Assembly: GCA_963727445.1 (NCBI GenBank)
Contig: CAVSGI010000006.1
Location: forward strand, 64,001-128,000
Length of the DNA stretch: 64,000 bases
Origin: an uncultured delta proteobacterium
GTDB lineage: Bacteria > Myxococcota_A > Polyangia > Polyangiales > B10-G4
Reading direction: 5' to 3'
Positions 47,617 through 62,229 of this stretch are shown one piece after another; position 1 is the stretch's first letter; every line of letters starts with the position of its first letter. Position numbers and translations under genes: made by a program. The notes under the pieces are model-generated. The model did no database searches and was not told where the DNA came from. It saw only the letters and a list, made by a program, of their open reading frames with translations.

Positions 47617-48569
47617 AGGCCGGCGCCGATGATGGCGGCGAAGACGAGCTTCAGGGCGTAGGGCACGACCGGCGCATGCATCTGACTGATGGTCCCCTCG
47701 ATGAGACCGGCGAGGACCAGGATGGGCATCCCGCCCACCACCAGGAGCGCCGCGCGCTTCGCCTCGGCGATGATCGCGACCCGACGCCGACGCCTGCCCG
47801 GTAAGAGGATCCCACGCGCGATGATCAGCCCGGCGCCGCCCGCGATGCACACCTCGGTCAGCTCGGGGATGCCGTGGGGCAGGATCCACGCCCAGAAGAA
47901 GAGCCCGTGGCCGGCGAGGTGGTACTGCATGGCGAGGGCGCCGAGGGGCACGCCGTTCACGATCATCAAGAGCACCGTGCCGACGCCTGCGGTGATCCCT
48001 GCAGCGAAGACCAGGAAGCTGACCTTGATGTTGTGCGTGAAGAGCATGCTGGCGAAGGCCACGCTCCTCTGCCCGTCGTCGAGCCCGCCGGAGGTCTCCT
48101 CTTCGGTGATGCGCTCGCCAGGCGTCTGCGCCTGGTGCTGGTCCGGGATGAGCACCCCACGCGAGCCGGGGTCGAGGAACGTGAAGGTCGCGCCGAAGGC
48201 GGCGCCGCCGAGGAGCAGGCACGCCGAGAGCACGATGGCGCGCCACTCCTCGCGGAAGAGGCGGGGGAAGCCGCGGGCGTAGAAGCGCCGGATCCGTCCC
48301 GCGGCGCCGATCCCCCGGCCGCCGTGCACCTGCGCGTAGCCGCGCGCCACGAGGTCGTTCAAGTAGTCGACGATGTTCGCGTCGACCATCTCCGAGCGCG
48401 CGCGCACCAGGTCGCTCGAGGTGGCGCGGTAGAGCTTGCCGAAACGCCGGGCGGTCTCTAGGTCCATCGCCGACAGGCCGCGCTCCTCGACCTCGGCGAG
48501 CAGCGCGCGCAGGCCCTCCCAGACCGGTCCGCGCTCGTGAACGAATCGTCCGACGTCGAAACCCTGCAC
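47577..48569 (-). CDS. Stage II sporulation protein M (DUF95) family membrane protein
   Basis: LYRATSSDL..YLNDLV, FTHNIKVSF, ILPHGIPEL, AGLIEG. Confidence 0.85.
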   Translation of the reverse strand: MQGFDVGRFVHERGPVWEGLRALLAEVEERGLSAMDLETARRFGKLYRATSSDLVRARSEMVDANIVDYLNDLVARGYAQVHGGRGIGAAGRIRRFYARGFPRLFREEWRAIVLSACLLLGGAAFGATFTFLDPGSRGVLIPDQHQAQTPGERITEEETSGGLDDGQRSVAFASMLFTHNIKVSFLVFAAGITAGVGTVLLMIVNGVPLGALAMQYHLAGHGLFFWAWILPHGIPELTEVCIAGGAGLIIARGILLPGRRRRRVAIIAEAKRAALLVVGGMPILVLAGLIEGTISQMHAPVVPYALKLVFAAIIGAGLYAYLLLAGRKRD

Positions 48570-48591
48570 TCCCCGAGTGTATGCTCTCTCC

Positions 48592-49335
48592 ATGCGGAGC
48601 GTGCACGTCATCACCACGCCCGAGAACGTGGAGTTCGAATTCGAGCTCGCCGGCGTCTCGATCCGGGCGGTGGCATGGGCCATCGACGCGCTGGTGTTGG
48701 GGGTGACGCTGCTGATCGTCAGCTGCGGCGTGTCGCTTCTGGTTCCGGTCCTGGGCGGCTTCGCCGAGGCGTTGGCCTACATCTCGTTCTTCGTCGTGCA
48801 GTTCGGCTACGCGACGCTCTTCGAATGGCGCTTTCGCGGGCAGACGATCGGCAAGCGCGTGATGGGCCTGCGCGTGCTCACCGACAAGGGCATCCCCATC
48901 GACTTCATGACGTCGGTGATCCGCAACCTGGTGCGCATCGTCGACTCGCTCCCGCTCTTCTACCTGGTGGGAGGGAGCGCCGCGCTGGCCAGCGGCCGGC
49001 GGCTGGGGGACGTGGCGGCCGGGACCATCGTGGTGCGCGAGAGCCGCGCACCCAAGCCGGCTTCGGTGGTGCCGCCCTCCGAGCGGCACAACACCTTCAT
49101 CGAGGATCCGTCGGTCGTCCACGCAGTGCGCCGCATCACCCCACCCGAGCGCGACGCCATGATCGCCCTCGGCCTGCGCCGCGAGTCCCTGCCTCTCGCC
49201 GTGCGCCAGGAGCTCTTCGGCCGGCTCAGCCGCCACCTGGAGGCGCGCCTCGGCCTGAGCCGGCCCTCCTTCTTCACCGAGGAGAAGTTCGTGTTGAACC
49301 TGACCGCGGTCGTTCTGGCGCAGGGCGCTTCGTAG
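48592..49335 (+). CDS. RDD family membrane protein
   Basis: ITTPENVEFEFELAG..RAVAWAID, GQTIGKRVMGLRV, IRNLVRIVD, RRLGDVAAGTIVV. Confidence 0.88.
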   Translation: MRSVHVITTPENVEFEFELAGVSIRAVAWAIDALVLGVTLLIVSCGVSLLVPVLGGFAEALAYISFFVVQFGYATLFEWRFRGQTIGKRVMGLRVLTDKGIPIDFMTSVIRNLVRIVDSLPLFYLVGGSAALASGRRLGDVAAGTIVVRESRAPKPASVVPPSERHNTFIEDPSVVHAVRRITPPERDAMIALGLRRESLPLAVRQELFGRLSRHLEARLGLSRPSFFTEEKFVLNLTAVVLAQGAS

Positions 49336-49338
49336 CGC

Positions 49339-49565
49339 TCAGCTGGGCTTCACGTCGCAGAAGAGGATCGCGCAGTTCTCGTGCTCGGACTCTTTGAGTC
49401 GTTCGCAGAGATCGACCAGATCGTCATCGACGTCGACCACCATGCCGCTGGTGGCCTTGCCGGTCTCTTCGTCGTAGGCGGCCTCGTCGAGGGCGACCCA
49501 GCGGCCACGGTACTCGTCGTGGCCACAGATCTCGTCCCAGGTCAGCCGTTCTGGACCGGCGTCGC

Positions 49566-49569
<4 letters not shown>
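49339..49569 (-). CDS. Small hypothetical protein
   Basis: 76 aa, YRGRWVAL; start overlaps the kinase stop. Confidence 0.55.
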
Positions 49570-51440
<1,871 letters not shown>

Positions 51441-51645
51441 GGGCGGGCCAGCGGGCGTGGGCGAAGTCTAGCGACGAGAAGAGACTCTGGGTAGCTCCTG
51501 GGTATTTCAATCCCACCAAAACGCCCGAGATCCGGACCCGAAAACCGGGGGGTTCCTTGGGCATCCCTCCGTTGCTGCCCCTTCGGTTCTGTGAAAACCT
51601 CCTTTCGTAGCAGTCCTTCTCCTTCTCTTGCTTTGGTCGTGGCAG

Positions 51646-53805
51646 ATGTCGATTCTCCGAATCCTCCCCATTCTCTGGCTCCTGCCCGCCCTCGCCGCCG
51701 CGTGCGGTGACGACGGGACCACGCCGGTCCCGGACGGAGGACTCACCGGGGTCCACGCGCGCTTCGATCTCGCCGCCGATCCCATGCCCTATGGGGCGAT
51801 CCCCTATCCAGACGATCTCTATCTGGACGAGTCGGGCCACGTGGCGATCGGGGAATTGCCGGGGGAGAGTCGGTCCCCCGACACCACGTACCATGACTCG
51901 CTGCGCGTCGGCCTCGCCGACCTCGACGGTTTCGGGGCGGTGACGCCGGCCTTCTTCCTCTTCGACGGGGCGCTCGACCCGGCGAGCCTGCCGGCCACGC
52001 CCGAGATGTCGCTCCTCGAAGACGCGTCGGTGTTCATGTTGAACGTCGACCCCGAGTCATCGGCGGCTTTCGATCGGGTCCCGGTCGAGGTCAGCTTCTA
52101 CCCGGCGACCCAGCAGCTCGCGGTGCGTCCGGCCAATGGGCACCCCCTGCGCGCTGGGAGGCGCTACGTCGTCGTGGTGACCACCGACGTCATGGACGTC
52201 GACGGCGCCCCCATCACCCCGGCGCCGGCCTTCGCCGAGGTCCGCGACGCGCTCACGCGCCCGGACAATCCGCTTCTGGGCGAGGCGTGGGACCACTACA
52301 ACGAGGTCCTGATGACCCTCGGGACGAACGGTGTGACCCGCGATCGGGTGGCGGCGCTCGCGCACTTCCACGTCCAGACCATCACCGAGGGGCTCGCCGA
52401 CGCGCGCACCATCATCTGGGCGGACGACGCCCCGACCCCGACCGTCACCGCGACCTATCCCGAAGGCGCGGCCCTCGACGGCATCCTCGGTACGCCGGCG
52501 ATGGATGTCATCGGCCTCGAGGTTGAGGGAGGCGTGAAGCACGACGCGCTCAGCTTCATGATCCACGGCACCTTCGAATCTCCATGGTTCCTCTCGGACG
52601 ACCCGGCCGTCCACGGGCGCTTCTCTCGCGACGGCAGCGGTGATCTGATCGTCCACCGCACGAGCGAGGTCCCGTTCACTCTGTTTCTGCCGCGTACGGC
52701 GGACTTCTCCGACCTCCCCGTGGTCATCGCCCAGCATGGCCTCGGCGCCGAGCGCAGCAACGAGCTGGCCTTTGCCGATTCGCTCTGCCGCGAGGGATAC
52801 GCGGTGCTGGCGATGGACCTCCCGTGGCACGGCATGCGCAACCCGGCGACGGAGGACCTCATGAACCGCTTCACCGGCGAGATGACGCCCGACGGGTTCG
52901 GGGACAAGCGTGGGCTCGACGTCGTCATCGAGTTTGCCGGCATCTTCGAGCGCGACGGAGAGCTCGCGGCGTTCCATCCGAACTACCTCCGCGACGCGCT
53001 CCGACAGGGAGCGGCGGACCTGATGACCTTCGTCCGCATGATCCGTGCGGGCGACTGGAGCGAAGTCCGCGCGGCCGACGCGTCCCTCGACACGCTGTCC
53101 TTCAGCGCCGAGCCCATCTCGCTGATCGGCTACTCCCTCGGCGGCATCGTCGCGACCCAGTTCGCGACCATGGAGCCCGAGATCGGCGTCGCGGTTCTCG
53201 CCGTCACCGGGGGCAACCTCATGGAGCTCGTCGCCAACGGCCCCATCTACAACCGCGGCTACTTCCCGCTACTCCTGCCCAAGCTGGGTCTCGATCCACG
53301 CTCCATCGACTACGAGGCGCTGCCGCCGCGTTTCATGCCGGAGTTGGCCATCTGGCAGACGCTCCTCGATCGGGGCGATTCCATCGCCTACGGCAACACG
53401 CTCTACATGCGGCCGATGAGCATCTTGATGCCGATGGCCCGCAACGACGAGAACCTGCACAACATCGGCACCGAGTCGCTGGCGCGCGCGATCGGGGCCG
53501 AGATGGTGGCCGACGAGCCGCTCTACGCGGACCTCTCCACCACCACCGCTCCCGTGCGCGACAACGTCACGATCGAAGGGGAGACGGTCACCCGCGCGGT
53601 CTACGCCTGGCAGCCGGCGACTCATCTGCTGATGCTGCAGAGGCAGGACGAGGACATCCAGGCGCATCCGGTCGCGCCTCCGTTCCCGGCGGGGGATCAC
53701 GTCACGGTCGACAACCCCATCGACGACGCGATGAACCAGACGGTGCATTTTCTCCAGTCCTTCCGGACCGGCACCGCCGAAGTCGTCGGCCCACGCACCC
53801 CCTGA
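51646..53805 (+). CDS. Large lipoprotein with C-terminal alpha/beta hydrolase (lipase-like) domain
   Basis: AAAC lipobox; PYPDD..LDGFG; QHGLG, DLPWHG, GYSLGG. Confidence 0.8.
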   Translation: MSILRILPILWLLPALAAACGDDGTTPVPDGGLTGVHARFDLAADPMPYGAIPYPDDLYLDESGHVAIGELPGESRSPDTTYHDSLRVGLADLDGFGAVTPAFFLFDGALDPASLPATPEMSLLEDASVFMLNVDPESSAAFDRVPVEVSFYPATQQLAVRPANGHPLRAGRRYVVVVTTDVMDVDGAPITPAPAFAEVRDALTRPDNPLLGEAWDHYNEVLMTLGTNGVTRDRVAALAHFHVQTITEGLADARTIIWADDAPTPTVTATYPEGAALDGILGTPAMDVIGLEVEGGVKHDALSFMIHGTFESPWFLSDDPAVHGRFSRDGSGDLIVHRTSEVPFTLFLPRTADFSDLPVVIAQHGLGAERSNELAFADSLCREGYAVLAMDLPWHGMRNPATEDLMNRFTGEMTPDGFGDKRGLDVVIEFAGIFERDGELAAFHPNYLRDALRQGAADLMTFVRMIRAGDWSEVRAADASLDTLSFSAEPISLIGYSLGGIVATQFATMEPEIGVAVLAVTGGNLMELVANGPIYNRGYFPLLLPKLGLDPRSIDYEALPPRFMPELAIWQTLLDRGDSIAYGNTLYMRPMSILMPMARNDENLHNIGTESLARAIGAEMVADEPLYADLSTTTAPVRDNVTIEGETVTRAVYAWQPATHLLMLQRQDEDIQAHPVAPPFPAGDHVTVDNPIDDAMNQTVHFLQSFRTGTAEVVGPRTP

Positions 53806-53814
53806 AAAGGTCGA

Positions 53815-53844
53815 TTGACCCCCCGCGCGCGCCTTCGTTATCCT
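53815..53844 (+). promoter_or_regulatory. Putative sigma70 promoter
   Basis: TTGACC-18 bp-TATCCT upstream of the GGAGG-led start at 53950. Confidence 0.45.
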
Positions 53845-53949
53845 CCGCCCACCTCTGAGGGGAGGGTGACGCGGCCGCGGCCGTAGAACCCCACGAGCTT
53901 TGGAGATTCTCAAGCGCTCCCAGGCGGGCGACACAGACGGAGGAGACCC

Positions 53950-54315
53950 ATGAAGGGCGAGGTTCGGAATCCCACTACCGTATGGCTGCTATCCATCGTG
54001 ACCTGCGGGCTCTACGGCCTCTATTGGTATTTCACGATGGGCAACGAGTTGAAGAACTACCTGGGCAAGGAGGATCTCAACCCGACGATGGACATCGTGA
54101 TCGCCCTGGTGTGCTTCCTCTACGCCTACTATCTGCCGATCAAGTACGGCAAGATCATCCAGGAGGCGCAGATGCGCGCCGGGATCCCCAACCCGGAGGA
54201 TCAAGGCGTGAAGTTCCTCTTGTTCATGTTCCTGTGCTGGTACCACTACGCCAAGATGCAGGAAGAGCTGAACAAGATCTGGGAGGCTGGTGGCGGCGCC
54301 CCGGCCACCTTCTGA
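53950..54315 (+). CDS. DUF4234-like membrane protein
   Basis: RNP..VWLLSIVTCGLYGLYWYF..EL; MQEELNKIW; AGGAG RBS. Confidence 0.8.
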   Translation: MKGEVRNPTTVWLLSIVTCGLYGLYWYFTMGNELKNYLGKEDLNPTMDIVIALVCFLYAYYLPIKYGKIIQEAQMRAGIPNPEDQGVKFLLFMFLCWYHYAKMQEELNKIWEAGGGAPATF

Positions 54316-54325
54316 GATCGCGCCC

Positions 54326-54841
54326 ATGAGTCGCACGACGCCCGACCCGGCTCCGCCGGCGTCGGGCGCCGTCGTTTCGGGGCAGAGTCGGGGTGAGCCG
54401 GCGACGGGCGTCACTGCGAAGAAAGTCGCGCAGGTGGCGGTACCACTCGCCATCCTGGGCCTGCTCATCGCGTCCGATCTCCTGCTCTGCCCCATCAAGC
54501 TCTTCTTCGGCTTTCCATGCCCCGGATGCGGCATGACCCGGGCGACCTTCGCCCTGATGCACGGTCACGTCCTCGAAGCGCTTCGTCTGCATCCGCTCGT
54601 CTGGCTGATCACGCCGCTGGTCTCGTGGACACTCCTGCGCGTGACACTGGTGAGCGCCGGCGTGCTCTCGCCGCGGAGCTTCGACCCGATGGACCGGCTG
54701 CCGAAGTGGTTCTGGTGGGCGTCGATGGCGCTGCTCCTCGGAGTGTGGGTGATCCGCCTCGCGGGGGGCCTCGGCGGTCCGCCGGATCCGATCGATCCCG
54801 CGGGCGGCCTCATCGCCCGCGCCTTTTCCCTCTTCGGCTGA
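54326..54841 (+). CDS. DUF2752-like membrane protein
   Basis: CPIKLFFGFPCPGCGMTRA..LMHGH..EALRLHPL. Confidence 0.82.
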   Translation: MSRTTPDPAPPASGAVVSGQSRGEPATGVTAKKVAQVAVPLAILGLLIASDLLLCPIKLFFGFPCPGCGMTRATFALMHGHVLEALRLHPLVWLITPLVSWTLLRVTLVSAGVLSPRSFDPMDRLPKWFWWASMALLLGVWVIRLAGGLGGPPDPIDPAGGLIARAFSLFG

Positions 54842-54844
54842 CGC

Positions 54845-55735
54845 TCAGAAACCGGCGAGCCGCTGTCGGAGCCAGCTTCCGGCGGGGCCCAGCGGTCGAT
54901 CGGCCCGCACGAGGGTGTGGAGCTGAACGTCGTGTCGTCCATCGGCCCAGGGAGCCGGCTCGAGGCGCACCAGCTCTCCGCGCGCGAGATGCGCTTCGAC
55001 CATCTCCACGGGCGCGTTGCCCCAGCCGACGCCCGCGACCAGCAGTTGGATCTTCAGGCCCATGTCGGTGACGCGCCAGGTCCGCGCCGACAGCACGCCG
55101 ATGTCGCTGGTGTGCGTCGAGCGCTCGCTCAGGACGACCTGGGTGTGCGGCTGGAGGCGATCGGCGCGCTGCGGCGCTGGCTCCTGCGCGAGTGGATGAG
55201 ACGGGGCGCACACCGGGATGAGGCGCACGCGTGGACCAGGGAGCGCGATCAAGGTCGGCTCGTGCATGCCCGCGAGGTTGCACAGGCCGAGCTCGGCGAT
55301 CCCCTCCCGCACGAGCGTCACGGCGCTGGAGAGGATGTCCGTCTGCAGTCGCAGCGAGACGGAGGGGAAGGCGGCGTGGAACTCCGAGAGCGCATCCGCG
55401 AGGGTCTCGAGGGGTAGGATGGAGTCGACCGCGACCGTGAGATGTGGCTCGAGCCCACCGCCGATGGCGCTGGCCACCTGACGAAGCTCGCGCGCCTGGG
55501 CCAGCACGAGCCGCGCCTCCGCGGCGAGACGCCGCCCGGGGTCGGTGAGCGCTGGGGGGCGCACGGCGCGATCGAAGAGCGTGGCGCCGAGGGTCTTTTC
55601 GAGGGTGGCGACGCTGTGGCTGACCGCTGACTGAACCCGGCCGAGTTGGCGCGCGGCGGCGCTGAAGCCGCCGTGCTCCACCACGGCGACAAAGGCCGTC
55701 AGCTGGTCCAGGGTGATGGGTTCGAACTCGTCCAT
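54845..55735 (-). CDS. LysR-family transcriptional regulator
   Basis: LDQLTAFVAVVEHGGFSAAARQLGRVQSAVSHSVATLE..LFDR. Confidence 0.92.
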   Translation of the reverse strand: MDEFEPITLDQLTAFVAVVEHGGFSAAARQLGRVQSAVSHSVATLEKTLGATLFDRAVRPPALTDPGRRLAAEARLVLAQARELRQVASAIGGGLEPHLTVAVDSILPLETLADALSEFHAAFPSVSLRLQTDILSSAVTLVREGIAELGLCNLAGMHEPTLIALPGPRVRLIPVCAPSHPLAQEPAPQRADRLQPHTQVVLSERSTHTSDIGVLSARTWRVTDMGLKIQLLVAGVGWGNAPVEMVEAHLARGELVRLEPAPWADGRHDVQLHTLVRADRPLGPAGSWLRQRLAGF

Positions 55736-55748
55736 CGATTATTTCGAT
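55734..55748. promoter_or_regulatory. LysR-type binding site (ATCGATTATTTCGAT, T-N11-A)
   Basis: Dyad ATCGA-N5-TCGAT at the LysR start, in the AT-rich divergent region. Confidence 0.55.
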
Positions 55749-55805
55749 GAAGCCAATCTAAATTACTCGATTGTAATGATAGTGGAAGCGCAGGAAAAGC
55801 AGGGG

Positions 55806-56297
55806 ATGAGCGGTATCAAGGGTCTTCACCACAACGCATATCGGTGCCGCGATTCCGAGGAGACGCGGAAGTTCTACGAGGACTTTCTGGGCCTGCCGCT
55901 CGCGGGGTCCCTCCGTCTTCAGGAGACCAAGAGCGGCCGCGAGGTCGATGCGCTCCACACCTTCTATCGACTCGACGACGGGAGCTTCCTCGCGTTCTTC
56001 GAAGTGCCACAGGACCCCTACGAGTTCGTGGACCACGACGATTTCGATCTTCACATCGCGCTCGAGGTGGAGCGCGACCACATGATGAAGATGTTCGACG
56101 AGGGCAAAGCCGCGGGGATGGAAACCCGAGGCGTCTCGGATCACGAATTCATCGACTCCATCTACTTCCGGGATCCCAACGGCTACGTCATCGAGCTCAC
56201 GACGAAGCGCGACAATCACGACGAACGGATGGATCCGCAGAAGAACGAAGCCCGGGCGATCCTGGACCGCTGGCAATCGAACAAGCCCGGCCGCTGA
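55806..56297 (+). CDS. VOC/glyoxalase family protein
   Basis: GLHHNAYRC..TRKFYEDFLG, LHIAL, SIYFRDPNGYVIEL. Confidence 0.88.
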   Translation: MSGIKGLHHNAYRCRDSEETRKFYEDFLGLPLAGSLRLQETKSGREVDALHTFYRLDDGSFLAFFEVPQDPYEFVDHDDFDLHIALEVERDHMMKMFDEGKAAGMETRGVSDHEFIDSIYFRDPNGYVIELTTKRDNHDERMDPQKNEARAILDRWQSNKPGR

Positions 56298-56315
56298 GAT
56301 GCATCGGGGGCGGGC

Positions 56316-57321
56316 GTGAGCCGGGAGGAACAGCGACTCGTCTTCACCGACGACCTGTCCGCCGCGCTGCCCCGGGAGCTCGACGCACTGCGCGCCAAGC
56401 GCGTGTTGCTGATCACCAGCCCCTCGCGTCGCTTCGTCGAACGAGCGCAGCGCGGTCTGGCCGGCCGTCGCGTGGAGCTCTTCGCCGAGGCCGAGGTCCA
56501 CGTGCCCGAGCGCGTGGTGACGCGGGCGCGAGACGCGATGCACGCGTGCCGAGCCGACACCCTGCTGGCCCTCGGCGGCGGTTCGGCCATCGGCCTCGCC
56601 AAGGCCCTGTGCCTCGAGGACGACGCGAAGCTCGTCGCGATCCCCACGACCTATTCGGGCTCCGAGCGCACGGCAATCTACGGCATCACGCGAGGCGGCG
56701 AGAAGGTGACCGGCAGGGACGCGCGCGTCCGCCCGGACGTGGTGATCTACGACCCCCACCTGACCCTCGATGTATCCGCGGCCCTCACCACCCAGTCGCT
56801 CCTCAACGCCCTGGCGCACCCCATCGCGGCCATGAGCACCAGCTCGGACCCCGCCCTCCGGCAGCGTGCCACGGGCGCGATCGCGCGGCTCGTGACGTGC
56901 GCGGCCGAGCTCGTCCGTTCCCCGCGTTCCATCGCTGCACGGCGTGCCGCGCTCGAGGCCACGGCGCTCGCGGGGAGCATCATCGACGTCGCCGAGCTCG
57001 GCGAGCACCACCGCCTCGCGCACTTCCTCGGCGGGCGCTTCGGGCTTCCTCACGCGGCCGTCCACAGCGTCCTGTTGCCGCAGACGCTCTCCAATCTCCG
57101 CGCGAGCGGCGCCCGAGGTCTACGCCGCCATCGCCGAAGCCGCCGGCGACGCCAATCTGCCGGCGCGTCTCTTCGACCTCCTCCGAGAGGCGGGTGCGCC
57201 GACCTCGCTCGCTGCCCTCGGTCTCTCGGAGGGCGCCCTCGAGGGCGCGATGTCCGAGCGCGAGGAGCTCTCCACCGAGACCCTGTTTCGCGCGCTCGAG
57301 GGCGTCCGGCCCGTCGCTTGA
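56316..57321 (+). CDS. Maleylacetate reductase-like iron-containing alcohol dehydrogenase, frameshift near 57110
   Basis: [47 protein letters not shown]-terminus [10 protein letters not shown] in another frame. Confidence 0.78.
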
Positions 57322-58889
<1,568 letters not shown>

Positions 58890-58948
58890 CGAGAGCGATG
58901 GATAGTCGAGTCCACCCGCGGGCTCAAGGCCGGCCGCGTCCGCTCTCC

Positions 58949-60298
58949 TCAGGCGGCGGAGAGGGCGGTGACGAAGCGGTCGAGGTCGGCCTTTTCGTGC
59001 TTTTCGGTGACCGCGACCAGGAAGTCGTTACCGTGCTCCGGATAGAAGAGGCCGAGGTCGACGCCGGCGAGGACGCCCTGTGCGGCGAGCGAAGCGAGGA
59101 GCGGCGCCGCCAGGCCGTCCTGTCGCCGCACGACGAACTCGTTGAAGGTCGGCGCGGCGAAGGGGACGTCGAAGCCGTCCAGGGAGCGGATGCTCTCCTT
59201 GAGATACTCGGCGCGGCTCAAGCAGATGCGTCCGGCTTCTTCGAAACCGCTTCGCCCGAGCATCGCGGTGCGAATGGTGAGGGCGAGCGCGATGAGCCCG
59301 TGGTTGGTGCAGATGTTGGAGGTCGCGCGCTCGCGGCGGATGTGCTGCTCGCGGGTCGAGAGCGTCAGCACGTAGCCCCGGCGGTCGTCGCTGTCGACGG
59401 TCTCGCCCACCAGGCGCCCCGGCATCTGCCGCACGAACTCCTGCTTGCAGGCGAAGAGCCCCACGCCCGGCCCGCCGAGCTGCGGCGGGACCGCCAGCGG
59501 CTGCCCCTCGCCCACGGCGATGTCCGCGCCGTAGGCGCCCGGCGGCTTGAGGAGCGACAGCGCGTAGGGCTCCGCAGTGGCGGTGACGAGCAGGGTGCCG
59601 TGCTTCGACGCGAGCTCGCGAACCCGCGAAAGATCCTCCACGCATCCGAAGAAGTTGGGGTAGCCGACGACCACCGCCGCGGTCTTTTCGTCGACCGCTT
59701 CGGCGAGCGCGTCGTAATCCGTTCGCCCGTCCGCGGCGTGCTTCACCACCACGACCTCGGGCCCCTCGAGGCCCGAGAGGTAGGTGCGGGTCGTCTCGCT
59801 GTACTCGGGGTGCAGCGCGTCGCTCAAGACGATCCGCTCGCGCTTCGTCGATGCGCCGCGCCATCAGCACCGCTTCGGCGGCCGCGCTCGCCCCGTCGTA
59901 CATGGAGGCGTTGGCGACATCGAGCCCGAAGAGCTCGACAGACCATGGTCTGGAACTCGAAGATGCTCTGCAGCGTGCCCTGCGACGACCTCCGCCTGGT
60001 AGGGCGTGTACGCCGTGTAGAACTCGCTCCGCATGAGCAGCTGATCCATCGCCGGCGGGACGTGGTGGTCGTAGATCCCGCCGCCCAGGAACGACAGCGC
60101 GCGGGCGGCGTCGTTGGCGTCGGCCAGCGACGACAGGTGCTTCGTCAGGCGGACCTCGTCGAGGGCCGGCTCGAGATCGAGCGGGCGGCCCAGACGGTTC
60201 GCTTCGGGGATGGACGCGAAGAGCGCGTCGATGGAGTCGATGCCGATCCGCGAGAGCATCTCGCGGATCTCCGCGTCGGTATGAGGGAGGTACCGCAT
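58949..60298 (-). CDS. gcvPA: Glycine dehydrogenase subunit 1; frameshifts at ~59830-59990
   Basis: [53 protein letters not shown]. Confidence 0.88.
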
Positions 60299-60313
60299 GC
60301 TTTCGGTCGTCGC

Positions 60314-60706
60314 TCAGTCGAGGCTGCCGAGGAACTCTTCGTAGGCGGCGGCGTCCATGAGGCGCTCGAGCTCGCCCGGGTCGCTCATCTTGATGGCGAC
60401 CATCCAGCCCTCTTCGTAGGGGCCTTCGTTGACGGGCTCGGGGCTGGTCCTCGAGCTCTCCGTTCACCTCGACGACTTCGCCGCTGACGGGGGCGAAGAG
60501 CTCGCTGACTGTCTTGACCGACTCGATGTCGCCGAAGCGCTCGTGCGCCTGCACGTCGGTCCCGACCGCGGGCAGATCCACCAGGGTGACGTCGCCGAGC
60601 TGCATCGACGGCGTATGCGGTGATCGCCGACGCGGACGACGTCGCCCTCGACCCGGGCCCACTCGTGGTCCTTCGTGTACTTCAGCTCGTTGGGGTAGTG
60701 CGCCAT
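60314..60706 (-). CDS. gcvH: Glycine cleavage H protein, frameshifted
   Basis: LKYTKDHEW / [23 protein letters not shown] (lipoyl Lys) / [10 protein letters not shown]. Confidence 0.88.
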
Positions 60707-61820
<1,114 letters not shown>

Positions 61821-62012
61821 GGCTGGCGGAACGTAGCCCCGTTCCCTTTCAGTCGCAATGGTCTCCGCGGCGAGGCGAATTGCCGCAACCAGTTCCACTC
61901 TGCCTCGTCCCACCGCGACATGGTTGTCATGGTTTGTCGCGGCCCCCGAGGCGATCGCGCGTGCACCCCGGGGAGTTGTTCGCGGCATGATTCGTGCAGC
62001 CATTTCGGGGCG

Positions 62013-62180
62013 ATGGCGCGCGTGGTGACAGTCCTGACTTGGACGGCGATCCTCACTCTTCCCGGCGGAGTTCTGCTCCTGCCCGTGGTCGCTGCGCGCT
62101 ACTTCAAGAAGCGAAACGAAGAGCTGCCCCGCAGCGAAGGGGAGGAGCCGGCCCGCGACTCCGAACCCGAAGCCGCCTGA
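62013..62180 (+). CDS. Possible small membrane protein (55 aa)
   Basis: MARVVTVLTWTAILTLPGGVLLLPVVAARYFKKR: one TM helix followed by a charged tail. Confidence 0.4.
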   Translation: MARVVTVLTWTAILTLPGGVLLLPVVAARYFKKRNEELPRSEGEEPARDSEPEAA

Positions 62181-62229
62181 GGCGCAACTCGCTCGCCTTC
62201 GACCCGATAACGCCTCCCGGAGGGAGGCG

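Noticed and set aside
61821..62012. Glycine riboswitch upstream of gcvT
   Set aside because: Only a vague GGAGA..GAA resemblance; the conserved CTCTCAGG/CTTTCAGG element was not found.
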